Below, one piece after another: positions 21,878 to 30,808 of a DNA stretch of 46,395 nucleotides. The translations under genes and the position numbers were made by a program. The DNA lies in assembly GCA_038207085.1 (NCBI GenBank), contig JBBRAE010000023.1:1-46395 (forward strand). Reading direction: 5' to 3'. Position 1 is the first letter of the stretch. Every line of letters starts with the position of its first letter. Below the pieces are notes generated by a model. It searched no databases and was not told the origin of the DNA. It saw only the letters and a list, made by a program, of their open reading frames with translations. Source of the DNA: Armatimonadota bacterium (lineage in GTDB: Bacteria; Armatimonadota; UBA5829; DTLH01).

Positions 21878-22103
21878 ATGAGCGATGACGCATCCCGCCT
21901 TCTTGACGAAGGCATCGATCATTCCACAGAAGGGCGCTTTGAGGAGGCTATCGAGCGGCTGAAACAAGCTGAACCCTGAGATCGCAAACGATATGGCCCA
22001 GATGGTTGCAAAAGTCGACGAGGGCATGGATGTCAGGGAACGGATCGCATCGGTTATACGGCAATTGCGCACACCCAATTCCGGACTAGCGACTAGCCAC
22101 TAA
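21878..22103 (+). pseudogene. Possible TPR-like gene remnant
   Basis: MSDDASRLLDEGIDHSTEGRFEEAIERLKQ, then a frame change to LNPEIANDMAQMV...; weak. Confidence 0.35.
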
Positions 22104-22111
22104 CGACTGGC
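22084..22111 (+). repeat. Heptamer tandem repeat before scpA
   Basis: GACTAGC GACTAGC CACTAAC GACTGGC. Confidence 0.75.
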
Positions 22112-22119
22112 GGCTCATC

Positions 22120-22893
22120 ATGAAGATACCTACAATCAAAAAGAATGGCTATCAGATAGTCCTCCCGATTTTTGAGGGGCCGCTTGACCTGCTCTTGCAC
22201 CTCATTCGTGAGAACAAGATCGATATTTACGACATCCCGATTGTGGCGGTGACCGACCAGTATCTCACCTACATCACGGTGATGGAGTCGCTCGACCTCG
22301 ACGTGGCGGGTGAGTTTCTGGTGATGGCGGCGACGCTTCTTGAGATCAAGTCGAGAATGCTCCTGCCTCCCGACCCCAAAGCTGACGATGACGACGAGGA
22401 ACCCATCGACCCGCGCAAGGAGCTTGTAGACCGACTGATCGAGTATCAGCGCTACAAAGAGGCGGCAGAGCTCTTCGGGAACTGGGAAATCGACCGGATG
22501 AAGGTCTTTCCCGGCGCCGAACGCGACATAGAGATAGATTACTCGGCCGTCATGATGAAAAACGTGACCCCGGTCGACCTGCTTGAGGCGCTTAAGAAGA
22601 TCCTGGCCGAGGTAAGCGACGGCGAGGAAGAGGTAACCACCCTCACCCGGCGCAAGGTGTCGCTCAGAATTCGAATGACTGAGGTCTGGCGGCGCGTCAA
22701 GAACGGCCCGCAGCTTGTGCTCTTTGAAGAATTGTTCGACGAAGCGCGCGACCGCACTGAGGTCGTCATCACGTTTCTTGCTATACTTGAGCTGTTGAAG
22801 CTGCACAGGATAGAGGTGCGGCAGGACGACGTGTTCGGGCGCATAGAGATACTGAGGATGGAAGAAGCGATGGAGAAGGAAGAGGATGAGTAA
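22120..22893 (+). CDS. scpA: Segregation/condensation protein A
   Basis: FEGPLDLLLHLI, FLVMAATLLEIKSRMLLP, FLAILEL. Confidence 0.96.
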   Translation: MKIPTIKKNGYQIVLPIFEGPLDLLLHLIRENKIDIYDIPIVAVTDQYLTYITVMESLDLDVAGEFLVMAATLLEIKSRMLLPPDPKADDDDEEPIDPRKELVDRLIEYQRYKEAAELFGNWEIDRMKVFPGAERDIEIDYSAVMMKNVTPVDLLEALKKILAEVSDGEEEVTTLTRRKVSLRIRMTEVWRRVKNGPQLVLFEELFDEARDRTEVVITFLAILELLKLHRIEVRQDDVFGRIEILRMEEAMEKEEDE

Positions 22894-23545
22894 CGAGATC
22901 AACGAGATCATATACGGCAGCCTGAAAAACATAGTGCAGTGCATGCTGTTTGTTTCGACAGAGCCGCTTTCGGTCGCGACTCTGGCGGCTGCGGCAGGGG
23001 TCGACGAGTGTTCGATTGAAGAGGCCGTCCACGAGCTGATACTCGATATCGGCCAGTCGGGCCTGCAGGTAAGTCGCATCGCAGGCGGCTACCAGATGTG
23101 CACGCGCGCCGAGTTCCACGAGATTTGCCAGAAGATTCTCGTTCCTCAGAACCAGAAGCTTTCGCGGCCCGCGCTTGAGACACTCGCGGTCGTCGCTTAC
23201 CGCCAGCCCGTCACTCAGCCCGAGATCGAGGCGATCAGGGGAGTGAGCGTCGACGGGGTTATGAAGACGCTGATGAACCGGGGCCTTGTCCGCGAGTGCG
23301 GCCGCAAACAGACCGCGGGCCGGCCGATTCTCTACGGCACGACGCCCAAGTTTCTTGAGCACCTCGGCCTCTCGGACCTCGCCGACCTGCCCGACATCGA
23401 CTCGCTCGCCGTTGAGAAGATCGAAGAGATGCAGGCCCAGCAGGAGCTCTTTGCAAACGCCGAGATCGCCGTAAAAATGTCCCAGAGCAGCGAAGAACCT
23501 GAGAGCGCAGGCGCTCCAGTGGGCAAAGTCACCTCACACGGGTAA
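22886..23545 (+). CDS. scpB: Segregation/condensation protein B
   Basis: LETLAVVAYRQPVT, GRPILYGTT. Confidence 0.96.
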   Translation: MSNEINEIIYGSLKNIVQCMLFVSTEPLSVATLAAAAGVDECSIEEAVHELILDIGQSGLQVSRIAGGYQMCTRAEFHEICQKILVPQNQKLSRPALETLAVVAYRQPVTQPEIEAIRGVSVDGVMKTLMNRGLVRECGRKQTAGRPILYGTTPKFLEHLGLSDLADLPDIDSLAVEKIEEMQAQQELFANAEIAVKMSQSSEEPESAGAPVGKVTSHG

Positions 23546-23571
23546 CATACTAACAGAAAGTCGTTTTTAGG

Positions 23572-24771
23572 ATGAAACACGTTGTTTCCGCCTTTTTGGC
23601 GTTGTTGATAGCAATTGGTCCGGCAGTGGCGATGGATGCTCCGGCGGTACCCGGCCCAAACTTGGGCGCGCCGAGCGCGATTCTGGTCGACGCGGTCACC
23701 GGGCAGGTGCTCTGGGCGCGAAACGAGCATACAAAGCGCCCGGTCGCAAGCACGACCAAGATTATGACCGCGATCCTCACCCTTGAGAATACGCAGATGA
23801 CCGAGGTCGTCACCGCGAGCAAGCGAGCAAGCGAGACGCTGTTTACCTCCCTTCACCTGAAGCCCGGTGAGAAGGTCGACGTTGAGAACCTGCTGCGTGC
23901 GCTTCTGATTCGCTCCGCAAACGACACTGCGGTCGCTTTGGCCGAGCACATTGGAGGAAGCGTCGACGGCTTTGTCCGTATGATGAACGACAAGGCGCGT
24001 GAGATCGGGGCGGAAGACACTCACTTCGTCACCCCGAACGGGCTGTATGCGCCGGGGCACTATTCTTCGGCTTACGACTTGGCGCTGATGGCGCGCTATG
24101 CGACGCAGTATCCGAAGTTCAACGAGATCGTCGCCATGCGTTCGAGCCGAATCGAGCGCTCGATCAACAAGCAGGACATCGTAGTTCGCTCAAGCTCAAA
24201 GTTTTTGAAGAGCTACACTGGTGCAGACGGCATCAAGTCCGGGTATATAAAGCAGGCCGGGCACTGTTTTGTCGGTTCGGCGACGCGGGGAGGCTGGCGG
24301 CTGATCGTGGTCGTTTTGAAGAGCCCGAACAGTCAGGCGGACACTACGGCGCTTATGGACTATGGCTTTGCCGGTTTTGAGCGGGTCATCCTGAATACTC
24401 CGGACACCGTAGTAACCAAAGTGCACATCGACGACGGCCAGAGCGAGCTTGCTGTGGTCCCAGCGAAGCCGCTTAATGCGGTCGTCCGAAAGGGGCAGAC
24501 GAGCCTTGCTAGGTCTTCGGTGCAAATCAACGAAAAGCTTTACGCGCCCATCAAAAAGGGCGACAAGGTAGGCACATTGACCGCGTATGTCGGCGACAAA
24601 GCCGTCGCGATGGTCGATCTCCACGCTGCGGCGGACGTACATCAGACCGTCGCAAGCGTTGCCTGGCCCTGGGTAAGAACTATGCTGCTGGTGGCAATGT
24701 TTTCAGTAGGAGTAGCGGGTGGAAGAGCGACTGCAAAAGGTATTGGCGTCAGCAGGCGTCGGTTCTCGTAG
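23572..24771 (+). CDS. D-alanyl-D-alanine carboxypeptidase (peptidase S11)
   Basis: Signal peptide, STTK, SAN, KSG motifs, C-terminal TM. Confidence 0.93.
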   Translation: MKHVVSAFLALLIAIGPAVAMDAPAVPGPNLGAPSAILVDAVTGQVLWARNEHTKRPVASTTKIMTAILTLENTQMTEVVTASKRASETLFTSLHLKPGEKVDVENLLRALLIRSANDTAVALAEHIGGSVDGFVRMMNDKAREIGAEDTHFVTPNGLYAPGHYSSAYDLALMARYATQYPKFNEIVAMRSSRIERSINKQDIVVRSSSKFLKSYTGADGIKSGYIKQAGHCFVGSATRGGWRLIVVVLKSPNSQADTTALMDYGFAGFERVILNTPDTVVTKVHIDDGQSELAVVPAKPLNAVVRKGQTSLARSSVQINEKLYAPIKKGDKVGTLTAYVGDKAVAMVDLHAAADVHQTVASVAWPWVRTMLLVAMFSVGVAGGRATAKGIGVSRRRFS

Positions 24772-25474
24772 AAAATGTGAAGAGCTGATCAGTGATGGTC
24801 GGGTTACGGTTAACGGCAATCTCGCCGATCAACTCGGGGTCCGTGCGGACGCCGAGCGCGACGAGATCAAGGTCGACGGCAAGCTCGTCACCTTGCCGGA
24901 GCGCAAGTATTATATCCTGCTCAACAAGCCCTCGGGCTATACGAGCACGAAGTTCGACCGGTTCGCCAAAAAGACCGTGATCGACCTGGTCGCCGACGTC
25001 TCGGCGAACCTGCACACCGTCGGCCGGCTCGATGTCGAGACTGAGGGGTTAATAATACTTACAAACGATGGCGACCTCACCTTCCGCCTGACCCACCCGA
25101 GCCACGAGGTCGGCAAGACCTATGTTGCAACGGTGCGGGGCGAGGTAAGCGAGCTTGACATGCAGGTCTTGAGCCGAGGGGTCGAGATCGAAGACGGCGT
25201 GACCGCGCCCGCCGAGGTGAGGCTCCTTGAGGTCTCTCCCGACTCCCGCTCAAGCGTGGTCGAGCTCACGATCCACGAAGGCCGAAAGCGCCAGGTACGG
25301 CGCATGCTCCAGGCCGTCGGTCACAGGGTAGAAAAGCTGACGCGCACCAAAATCGACGGCATCGAGGCCGGAGAACTCCCCGTAGGTTCGTGGCGTCACC
25401 TCACTGAGGAAGAAATATCCCAACTCCGCGGCGCGTCCGAGAAGGATAGCGGGGCAGCGGAGACGAATCCTTAA
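24719..25474 (+). CDS. rluB: rRNA pseudouridine synthase (RluB/RsuA family)
   Basis: S4 domain ERLQKVLA..SRR, GRLD, EGRKRQVRRM; scpAB context. Confidence 0.9.
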   Translation: MEERLQKVLASAGVGSRRKCEELISDGRVTVNGNLADQLGVRADAERDEIKVDGKLVTLPERKYYILLNKPSGYTSTKFDRFAKKTVIDLVADVSANLHTVGRLDVETEGLIILTNDGDLTFRLTHPSHEVGKTYVATVRGEVSELDMQVLSRGVEIEDGVTAPAEVRLLEVSPDSRSSVVELTIHEGRKRQVRRMLQAVGHRVEKLTRTKIDGIEAGELPVGSWRHLTEEEISQLRGASEKDSGAAETNP

Positions 25475-25500
25475 TCAACTGTGGATTTGAAGGAGTTAAT

Positions 25501-25746
25501 ATGAGTGGACTTGCACTTCAGAAATCTGTAAAGGCTATGGTCTACCCCAGTGAAGGTATGTACGTCGCCGAGTGCGCGGGCATATCAGTCGTGACTCAGG
25601 GTGCTACAATAGATGAGACTCTCCGCAACCTCCAGGAAGCAGTATCGCTCTTTCTGGATGGTGAAGACCCTAAGGAGTTCGGTCTTGCATCCGATCCGAC
25701 CATTGTAGTCACTTTCGAGATGGAGCTGATGCCGAGTGCCGCGTAA
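25501..25746 (+). CDS. HicB-family antitoxin
   Basis: YVAEC..VVTQGATIDETLRNLQEAVSLFL; AAGGAG SD. Confidence 0.85.
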   Translation: MSGLALQKSVKAMVYPSEGMYVAECAGISVVTQGATIDETLRNLQEAVSLFLDGEDPKEFGLASDPTIVVTFEMELMPSAA

Positions 25747-25985
25747 GCTCAGGCGACAAGAGCGGCTTCGAAATCGTTGCGGCTCTTTGCAGGTGCGGGT
25801 TCGAGGAGTTGTCCCGGCGTGGCAGTCACTCCAAGCTGCGTCGCATCGGGAGTCGGGGTGAGAAGCAGACTCTGCTGATGCCAGTTCACTCAATTGTGTC
25901 ATTGGGCACTCTGGCTGCAATTGTGCGGCAAGCCTCGCAGTATTTGTCGCAAGAAGAGATCAACAGAGAGTTCTATACCGACTAA
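25736..25985 (+). pseudogene. HicA-family toxin, frameshifted near 25760
   Basis: GTG-PRKLRR in one frame, then SGFEIVAALCRCGFEELSRRGSHSKLRR..PVH..GTLAAIVRQA..FYTD* in the next frame. Confidence 0.85.
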
Positions 25986-26005
25986 CAGAAAGCCATTATC
26001 CTCAT

Positions 26006-26848
26006 ATGAAGCTTAGAATCTTGCTGCTCGCGGCAGTGCTGGTTTCCGGTATGCTGATCTCCGGCTGCGCAAAACGTGAAGTGAAGCACGCAAGCGCCGA
26101 TAAGATCCCCCAGCGCATCATCTCCATCGCCCCGAGCCAGACCGAGGTGTTGTTCGCGCTTGGCCTTGAAAAGCGAATTGTCGGAGTGACCAGCCGCTGC
26201 AACTATCCGCCTGAGGCCAGCAAGAAGCCGAAGATCGGGGACATGAACGCAAGCATCGAGAAGATCGTCGCCCTGAAGCCCGATATGGTGTTTGCCAACC
26301 CCACCATCAACGACGCCGTGATCAACCGCATCGAAGGGCTCGGCATCCGGGTGTACGCGAGCGACCCGAAGACTTTTGACGCTGTGATCGCCGACATCAA
26401 AAGAATCGGGCAGGTCACCGGCTCGGAGAAGCGCGCCTCGGAGGTCGTGGCCGGGATGGAGTCGGCGGTCAAGAAGGCACAAGGCGCCTCCAAGTCGCAC
26501 TCCCGGATGCTTGTGGTCGCCGCTGCGAGCCCGCTTTATACAGCCGGGCCCGACACGCTTGTTGACGATATGATCGGCTACCTCGGCGCGGAAAACATCG
26601 CTTACGACCTCCCCGCAGGCCGCTTCAGCCCCATATCCACCGAGACCGCGATCGCGCGCAACCCTGAGGTGATCGTCGTCTCGCTTGCCTCCGATCGGGA
26701 GTTTTTCGAGAAGAGCAAGATATGGGCAGGGACTGACGCCGTCAAGCACCACAAGATAATCGTGATCGACCCCGACCTGATCTTCAGACCCGGCCCCAGG
26801 CTCTCTCTTGGCCTTGAGCAGATGTCCAAAGCGGTGTCTGTTCGCTGA
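26006..26848 (+). CDS. ABC transporter substrate-binding lipoprotein, BtuF/cobalamin-Fe type
   Basis: Lipobox LISGC, PQRIISIAPSQTEVLFALG, RPGPR. Confidence 0.88.
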   Translation: MKLRILLLAAVLVSGMLISGCAKREVKHASADKIPQRIISIAPSQTEVLFALGLEKRIVGVTSRCNYPPEASKKPKIGDMNASIEKIVALKPDMVFANPTINDAVINRIEGLGIRVYASDPKTFDAVIADIKRIGQVTGSEKRASEVVAGMESAVKKAQGASKSHSRMLVVAAASPLYTAGPDTLVDDMIGYLGAENIAYDLPAGRFSPISTETAIARNPEVIVVSLASDREFFEKSKIWAGTDAVKHHKIIVIDPDLIFRPGPRLSLGLEQMSKAVSVR

Positions 26849-26857
26849 GCCTGCTTC

Positions 26858-26884
26858 GTTTAACGGTTCCACCGCCGGGGGTAC
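26858..26884 (+). promoter_or_regulatory. Possible SigB/SigF-type promoter
   Basis: GTTTAA-N15-GGGTAC upstream of the small ferritin-like gene. Confidence 0.4.
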
Positions 26885-26934
26885 GTATTTATATGCGGCG
26901 CTAAAAGTTCCGCGTCGCTTTGGAGGTAAACCTG

Positions 26935-27177
26935 ATGGAAATGGAAAGAATCCGCCACGAGGAGCCGATGAGCAACTACAACCATGACTTGATCCAGCTC
27001 CTCTCGATCAAGCTCGACAGTGTCGCCCGCTATGATCTTTACAAGAAAGACGCCGAAGAGGGCGGCTGCAAGGGCTGCGTCACGATCTTCGACCAGATGA
27101 AGCAGGACGAGATGCGCCACATCGACATGCTGCGCGAGCAGATATCAGAGCACGTCAAAGAGGGTTCGTTCAAGTAG
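26935..27177 (+). CDS. Small ferritin/rubrerythrin-like helical protein
   Basis: YDLYKKDA, CKGC, DEMRH (ExxH); GGAGG SD. Confidence 0.7.
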   Translation: MEMERIRHEEPMSNYNHDLIQLLSIKLDSVARYDLYKKDAEEGGCKGCVTIFDQMKQDEMRHIDMLREQISEHVKEGSFK

Positions 27178-27198
27178 TTCAGATCTCAGTCGGTTTAG

Positions 27199-27225
27199 GC
27201 CTCGGGCACCCGCCCGGGGCTTTTT
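27199..27225 (+). terminator. Rho-independent terminator
   Basis: GCCTCGGGC-accc-GCCCGGGGC-TTTTT. Confidence 0.75.
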
Positions 27226-27319
27226 CAGGGTCTTTGCGCTCGACACCAAGCTGGATGTGCCGCCAGGCGCGGGTAAGGACGAGCTATTGAAGAAGATGCA
27301 GGGGCAAATACAGCAGGGC

Positions 27320-27619
27320 CTAAAGCCCAAACCACTTCGGCCTTACCAGTGGGGGTGCAAGTTCCTCTTTTTTATCTTCAGGCGGCGGTTTTGGGAGGAG
27401 GTGTTGCAGGCCCATTTCGGTAGCCCACTGCATAGTCCTCTGCCACCGGTCGAACCTGTCCTGCTGGTTCGAGAAATCGCGACCACTCACCGAAAGCGGC
27501 TCCGGTGGTGGCATGCCAAAGCTTCCATTATCTACCCAAGCCCGGTAGAGCTTCCTGTAGACCGACGCCCAAACGTCCCTCGCCGGATGATACTGTTGCA
27601 ACTCTCGTGACCCTTTCAC
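27320..27619 (-). CDS. Hypothetical protein
   Basis: Trp/Pro-rich 99-aa ORF filling an intergenic gap; start uncertain. Confidence 0.5.
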   Translation of the reverse strand: MKGSRELQQYHPARDVWASVYRKLYRAWVDNGSFGMPPPEPLSVSGRDFSNQQDRFDRWQRTMQWATEMGLQHLLPKPPPEDKKEELAPPLVRPKWFGL

Positions 27620-27766
27620 TGCTGTGGTGAGATCCTACACTGCAGTATAACGGAAACGAGCGGATTTTGCACGCACCCCTCAGCATCTTTTCGCCTGTCT
27701 CTGGAAGTGTTATGGCGCACAGGCCCGCTGGGGATGTGCGGGCCTGCGAAAAAAGTCGGAGTATGG

Positions 27767-28132
27767 CTAGTTTTTGTTGCGAAGCCGGGCGAGCGCGGCG
27801 TCGACGTTTGCAGCAAGCGGGATGAACCGGTCGAGCTGCAGCAGTTTGAACGCACGCTCCGCGGGTCCCTTTAGACCGACGACTACCAACTGCCCGCCGA
27901 GGTCCTGGATCTTTCGGAAGTGGTCGGTTATCCAGCGGAATCCGGGCGTGTCGATGTATTTCACGTCGCTTGCGTCGAGGATGATATCTTTTCCCGCCGC
28001 CCGCTCGATTTCGATGACGATCCCGTCCAGCACCCGCGTGCATTCGGTGTCGCAGGGGCCTTCGGGGTGCAAAACTACGGTATTTCCTATTGTCTCGACG
28101 CGCAAAAGTCGCGAAGTTTCAAGTTGCTCCAT
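27767..28132 (-). CDS. STAS domain anti-sigma-factor antagonist
   Basis: IILDASDVKYIDTPG, V-V-GL....R.FKLLQLD pattern. Confidence 0.85.
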   Translation of the reverse strand: MEQLETSRLLRVETIGNTVVLHPEGPCDTECTRVLDGIVIEIERAAGKDIILDASDVKYIDTPGFRWITDHFRKIQDLGGQLVVVGLKGPAERAFKLLQLDRFIPLAANVDAALARLRNKN

Positions 28133-28413
28133 AATAAACGGCACCTTCTCTTTCTCTCTTCGGGCCGTACAAAGGCGGTCGCGTGAGGTCTTGATGAAAC
28201 AGGCATACGGAGGGCAAACGTCAACTCTTCCCCTGTTCTATATTTGGCCAGAACCAGAATCAACTAAACCCTTCCTATTACCTGTTTATTTAGACGACGC
28301 GCAAGCCCGCCTCGTTCCACGTCCCAGCTTAATAATGCAGGATTGTCACTACCCGGGGGTTAACTCATGCTTGTCTTTGTGTTAACAGACGCGCTTGAAA
28401 GGAGCCAACGTAA

Positions 28414-29889
28414 GTGAGTGAAAACGCAAACTTCCTCGCACTCGATCTCGGAGCCGAGAGCGGGCGAGGCATAATAGGTTCGGTCAACAACGGAAAGCTG
28501 ACCCTGGAGGTCGTCCACAGGTTCCCGACCGGTGGGAACAAGCTCGGCGGAAGCCTATTCTGGGACGCTATCCGGCTCTTTGAGGAGATCAAGTCAGCCG
28601 TGTGCGAGGCCAGCAAGAAGGCCGAGCTTTCCGGTATCGCCGTAGACACCTGGGGGGTCGACTTCGGCCTGCTGGGGCGCGGCAACGTGCTCCTCGGGAA
28701 CCCCTACCACTACCGCGACTCGCAGACCACCGGCATACTTGAGCAGGCGTTCGGCAAAGTCCCCGCGCGCGAGATATTCCATCGCACCGGCTCCCAGATC
28801 ATGCAGATCAATACCCTCTTTCAGCTGCTTTCGATGGTCCGGCGCAAGTCGCCCCTGATCGAGGTCGCCGAAACGATGCTTATGATGCCGAACCTCTTTA
28901 GCTACTGGCTCTCAGGCGTCAAGGGCACGGAGTTTACAATCGCGACCACAAGCCAGTGCTTCAACCCCGAAACCGGCGACTGGGACTGGAAGCTCCTTGA
29001 CACGCTCGGCGTCCCGCAGCGGATATTCCCCAAAGTCATCAAGACCGGCACCGTGCTTGGTCCCGTCACCGACGAAGTCGCCGAGGAAACCGGAGCGGCT
29101 GGCGTCCCGGTGATAGCGACCGCCGCGCACGACACCGCCGCCGCCGTCGCCGCAGTTCCGGCGACAACCGAGAACTACGCCTTCATCAGCTCAGGCACAT
29201 GGTCGCTCACCGGCGTAGAGGTCGAAAAGCCCGTCATGACCGATCAGGCCTTCAGGGCAGGCGTCGCAAACGAGGGCTGCTTTGGCGGTACCTACAGGTT
29301 CCTGAAAAACGTGATGGGCCTGTGGCTCGTGCAGGAATGCCGCAGGACCTGGGCGCGGGAGGGTGAGGAGCTCGACTACGGCACAATCGTCCAGCTCGCC
29401 GCCGAGGCCAAACCGTTCAAGGCGTTCATTAATCCCGATGATCCCCTCTTCATGGCTCCCGGCGACATGCCCGCCCGCATCCGTGAATACTGCCAGGCGA
29501 CGGGGCAGTCGGTCCCCGAGACCAGGGGCGAGATTGTCCGAACAGCCCTTGAAAGCCTCGCGCTCCAGTACCGGGCCAACTTCGAGCGCATCGAAGAGGT
29601 TACTGGCAAGAAGATCGAAACGATCCACATCGTAGGCGGCGGCTGCCAGAACAAGCTCCTTAACCAGTTCACCGCAGACGCGACGGCCAAGCCCGTAGTC
29701 GCAGGCCCGATCGAAGCTACAGCCGCCGGAAACGTGCTCGTGCAGGCGATCGCGACGGGTGTTGTCGAGAACCTCGCTGAAGCGCGCCAGATCGTCCGCA
29801 ACTCGTTTGAGCTAGAGGACTTCACTCCCGCTGACACCGCTATATGGGACGAAGCCTATGCGCGGTTCCGGGGTATAGTCGAGAAATAG
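28414..29889 (+). CDS. rhaB: Rhamnulokinase (FGGY family)
   Basis: ALDLGAESGR, DTWGVDF, HDTA, SSGTWSL, KNVMGLW. Confidence 0.88.
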   Translation: MSENANFLALDLGAESGRGIIGSVNNGKLTLEVVHRFPTGGNKLGGSLFWDAIRLFEEIKSAVCEASKKAELSGIAVDTWGVDFGLLGRGNVLLGNPYHYRDSQTTGILEQAFGKVPAREIFHRTGSQIMQINTLFQLLSMVRRKSPLIEVAETMLMMPNLFSYWLSGVKGTEFTIATTSQCFNPETGDWDWKLLDTLGVPQRIFPKVIKTGTVLGPVTDEVAEETGAAGVPVIATAAHDTAAAVAAVPATTENYAFISSGTWSLTGVEVEKPVMTDQAFRAGVANEGCFGGTYRFLKNVMGLWLVQECRRTWAREGEELDYGTIVQLAAEAKPFKAFINPDDPLFMAPGDMPARIREYCQATGQSVPETRGEIVRTALESLALQYRANFERIEEVTGKKIETIHIVGGGCQNKLLNQFTADATAKPVVAGPIEATAAGNVLVQAIATGVVENLAEARQIVRNSFELEDFTPADTAIWDEAYARFRGIVEK

Positions 29890-29890
29890 G

Positions 29891-29970
29891 AAAAAATAAT
29901 GGGCCGGTCTAGCCGGCCCCAACAGAAAGGAGAGAAAGGAGGTGAAAGGGAGAACAAGAGGCGTCTCCCT
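29891..29970 (-). ncRNA. Candidate small RNA with anti-Shine-Dalgarno motifs
   Basis: Minus strand: 5' hairpin, then UCACCUCCUUUCU-CUCCUUUCU, then a GC-rich terminator hairpin (29901-29919) with U-tract. Both neighbouring genes are on the + strand. Confidence 0.55.
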
Positions 29971-30073
29971 ACAAACAATAGAGTCGCCAAGCAGGCGGCG
30001 TTATTGCCTACTCTCCTCTGAAAATGGCGTTTTTTGTCATTTTCATCTCCCCCGGGATAAAAAAGGTGCTTGA

Positions 30074-30718
30074 ATGCTAAAAGGTGTGATTTTCGATATG
30101 GATGGGGTCCTCGTCGACTCCGAGCCGTTTATCTGTGATGCCGCGATTAAAATGTTCGCCGAGCACGGACTGACCGTGCAGCCCGAGGACTTTCTGACGT
30201 TTGTGGGCGCGGGCGAGGACCGCTACATTGGAGGCGTCGCCGAAAAATACGGCTATCCGCTCGTTCTTTCCAGGGACAAGGCCCGGACCTATGAGATCTA
30301 CGGCGAGATCGTGCAGGGGAAGCTTGAACCGCTCCGTGAAGTAGGGGAGTTCATCACAAAGTGTCGGGAGAAGGGTCTGAAGCTCGCTGTCGCCTCAAGC
30401 GCCGACATGGTCAAGATCAGGATCAACCTAAGGGAGATTGGTGTGCCCTTTGAGACCTTCGACGCGGTGCTAAGCGGCGACGACGTCACCCACAAAAAAC
30501 CCGACCCTGAAATCTTTCTGAAAGCCGCCCAAGAGCTCGGAATCGCCCCGGAAGAAAGCCTTGTAGTAGAGGACGCGATAAACGGTGTAGCCGCCGCCAA
30601 GTCCGCCGGCGCCAAGTGTCTGGGGATCACATCAAGCTTTACAGTGGACGATCTAAGAGCTGCCGACTGGCACGCCCCCGACCTCGCCGACGTCCCAGAA
30701 GCCGCAATCAACTGGTAG
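30074..30718 (+). CDS. HAD-superfamily phosphatase (beta-PGM-like)
   Basis: FDMDGVLVDS, KPDPEIF, VEDA..G. Confidence 0.92.
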   Translation: MLKGVIFDMDGVLVDSEPFICDAAIKMFAEHGLTVQPEDFLTFVGAGEDRYIGGVAEKYGYPLVLSRDKARTYEIYGEIVQGKLEPLREVGEFITKCREKGLKLAVASSADMVKIRINLREIGVPFETFDAVLSGDDVTHKKPDPEIFLKAAQELGIAPEESLVVEDAINGVAAAKSAGAKCLGITSSFTVDDLRAADWHAPDLADVPEAAINW

Positions 30719-30808
30719 ACAAGCGCGAATACTCATGCAACATGCTTCGGGACAGCTTTTTCGTCCCGAAGCCGCCGCAACCGCCAACGCGCGCCAGTCC
30801 CCTCTGCA

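Noticed and set aside
21373..22127. ATGAAGAT direct repeat at the trpS end and the scpA start
   Set aside because: Only 8 bp, and excision would fuse trpS to scpA in frame; may be chance.
23549..25992. ACTAACAGAAAG repeated before dac and the btuF-like gene
   Set aside because: Probably similar ribosome-binding regions; it does not bound a coherent element.
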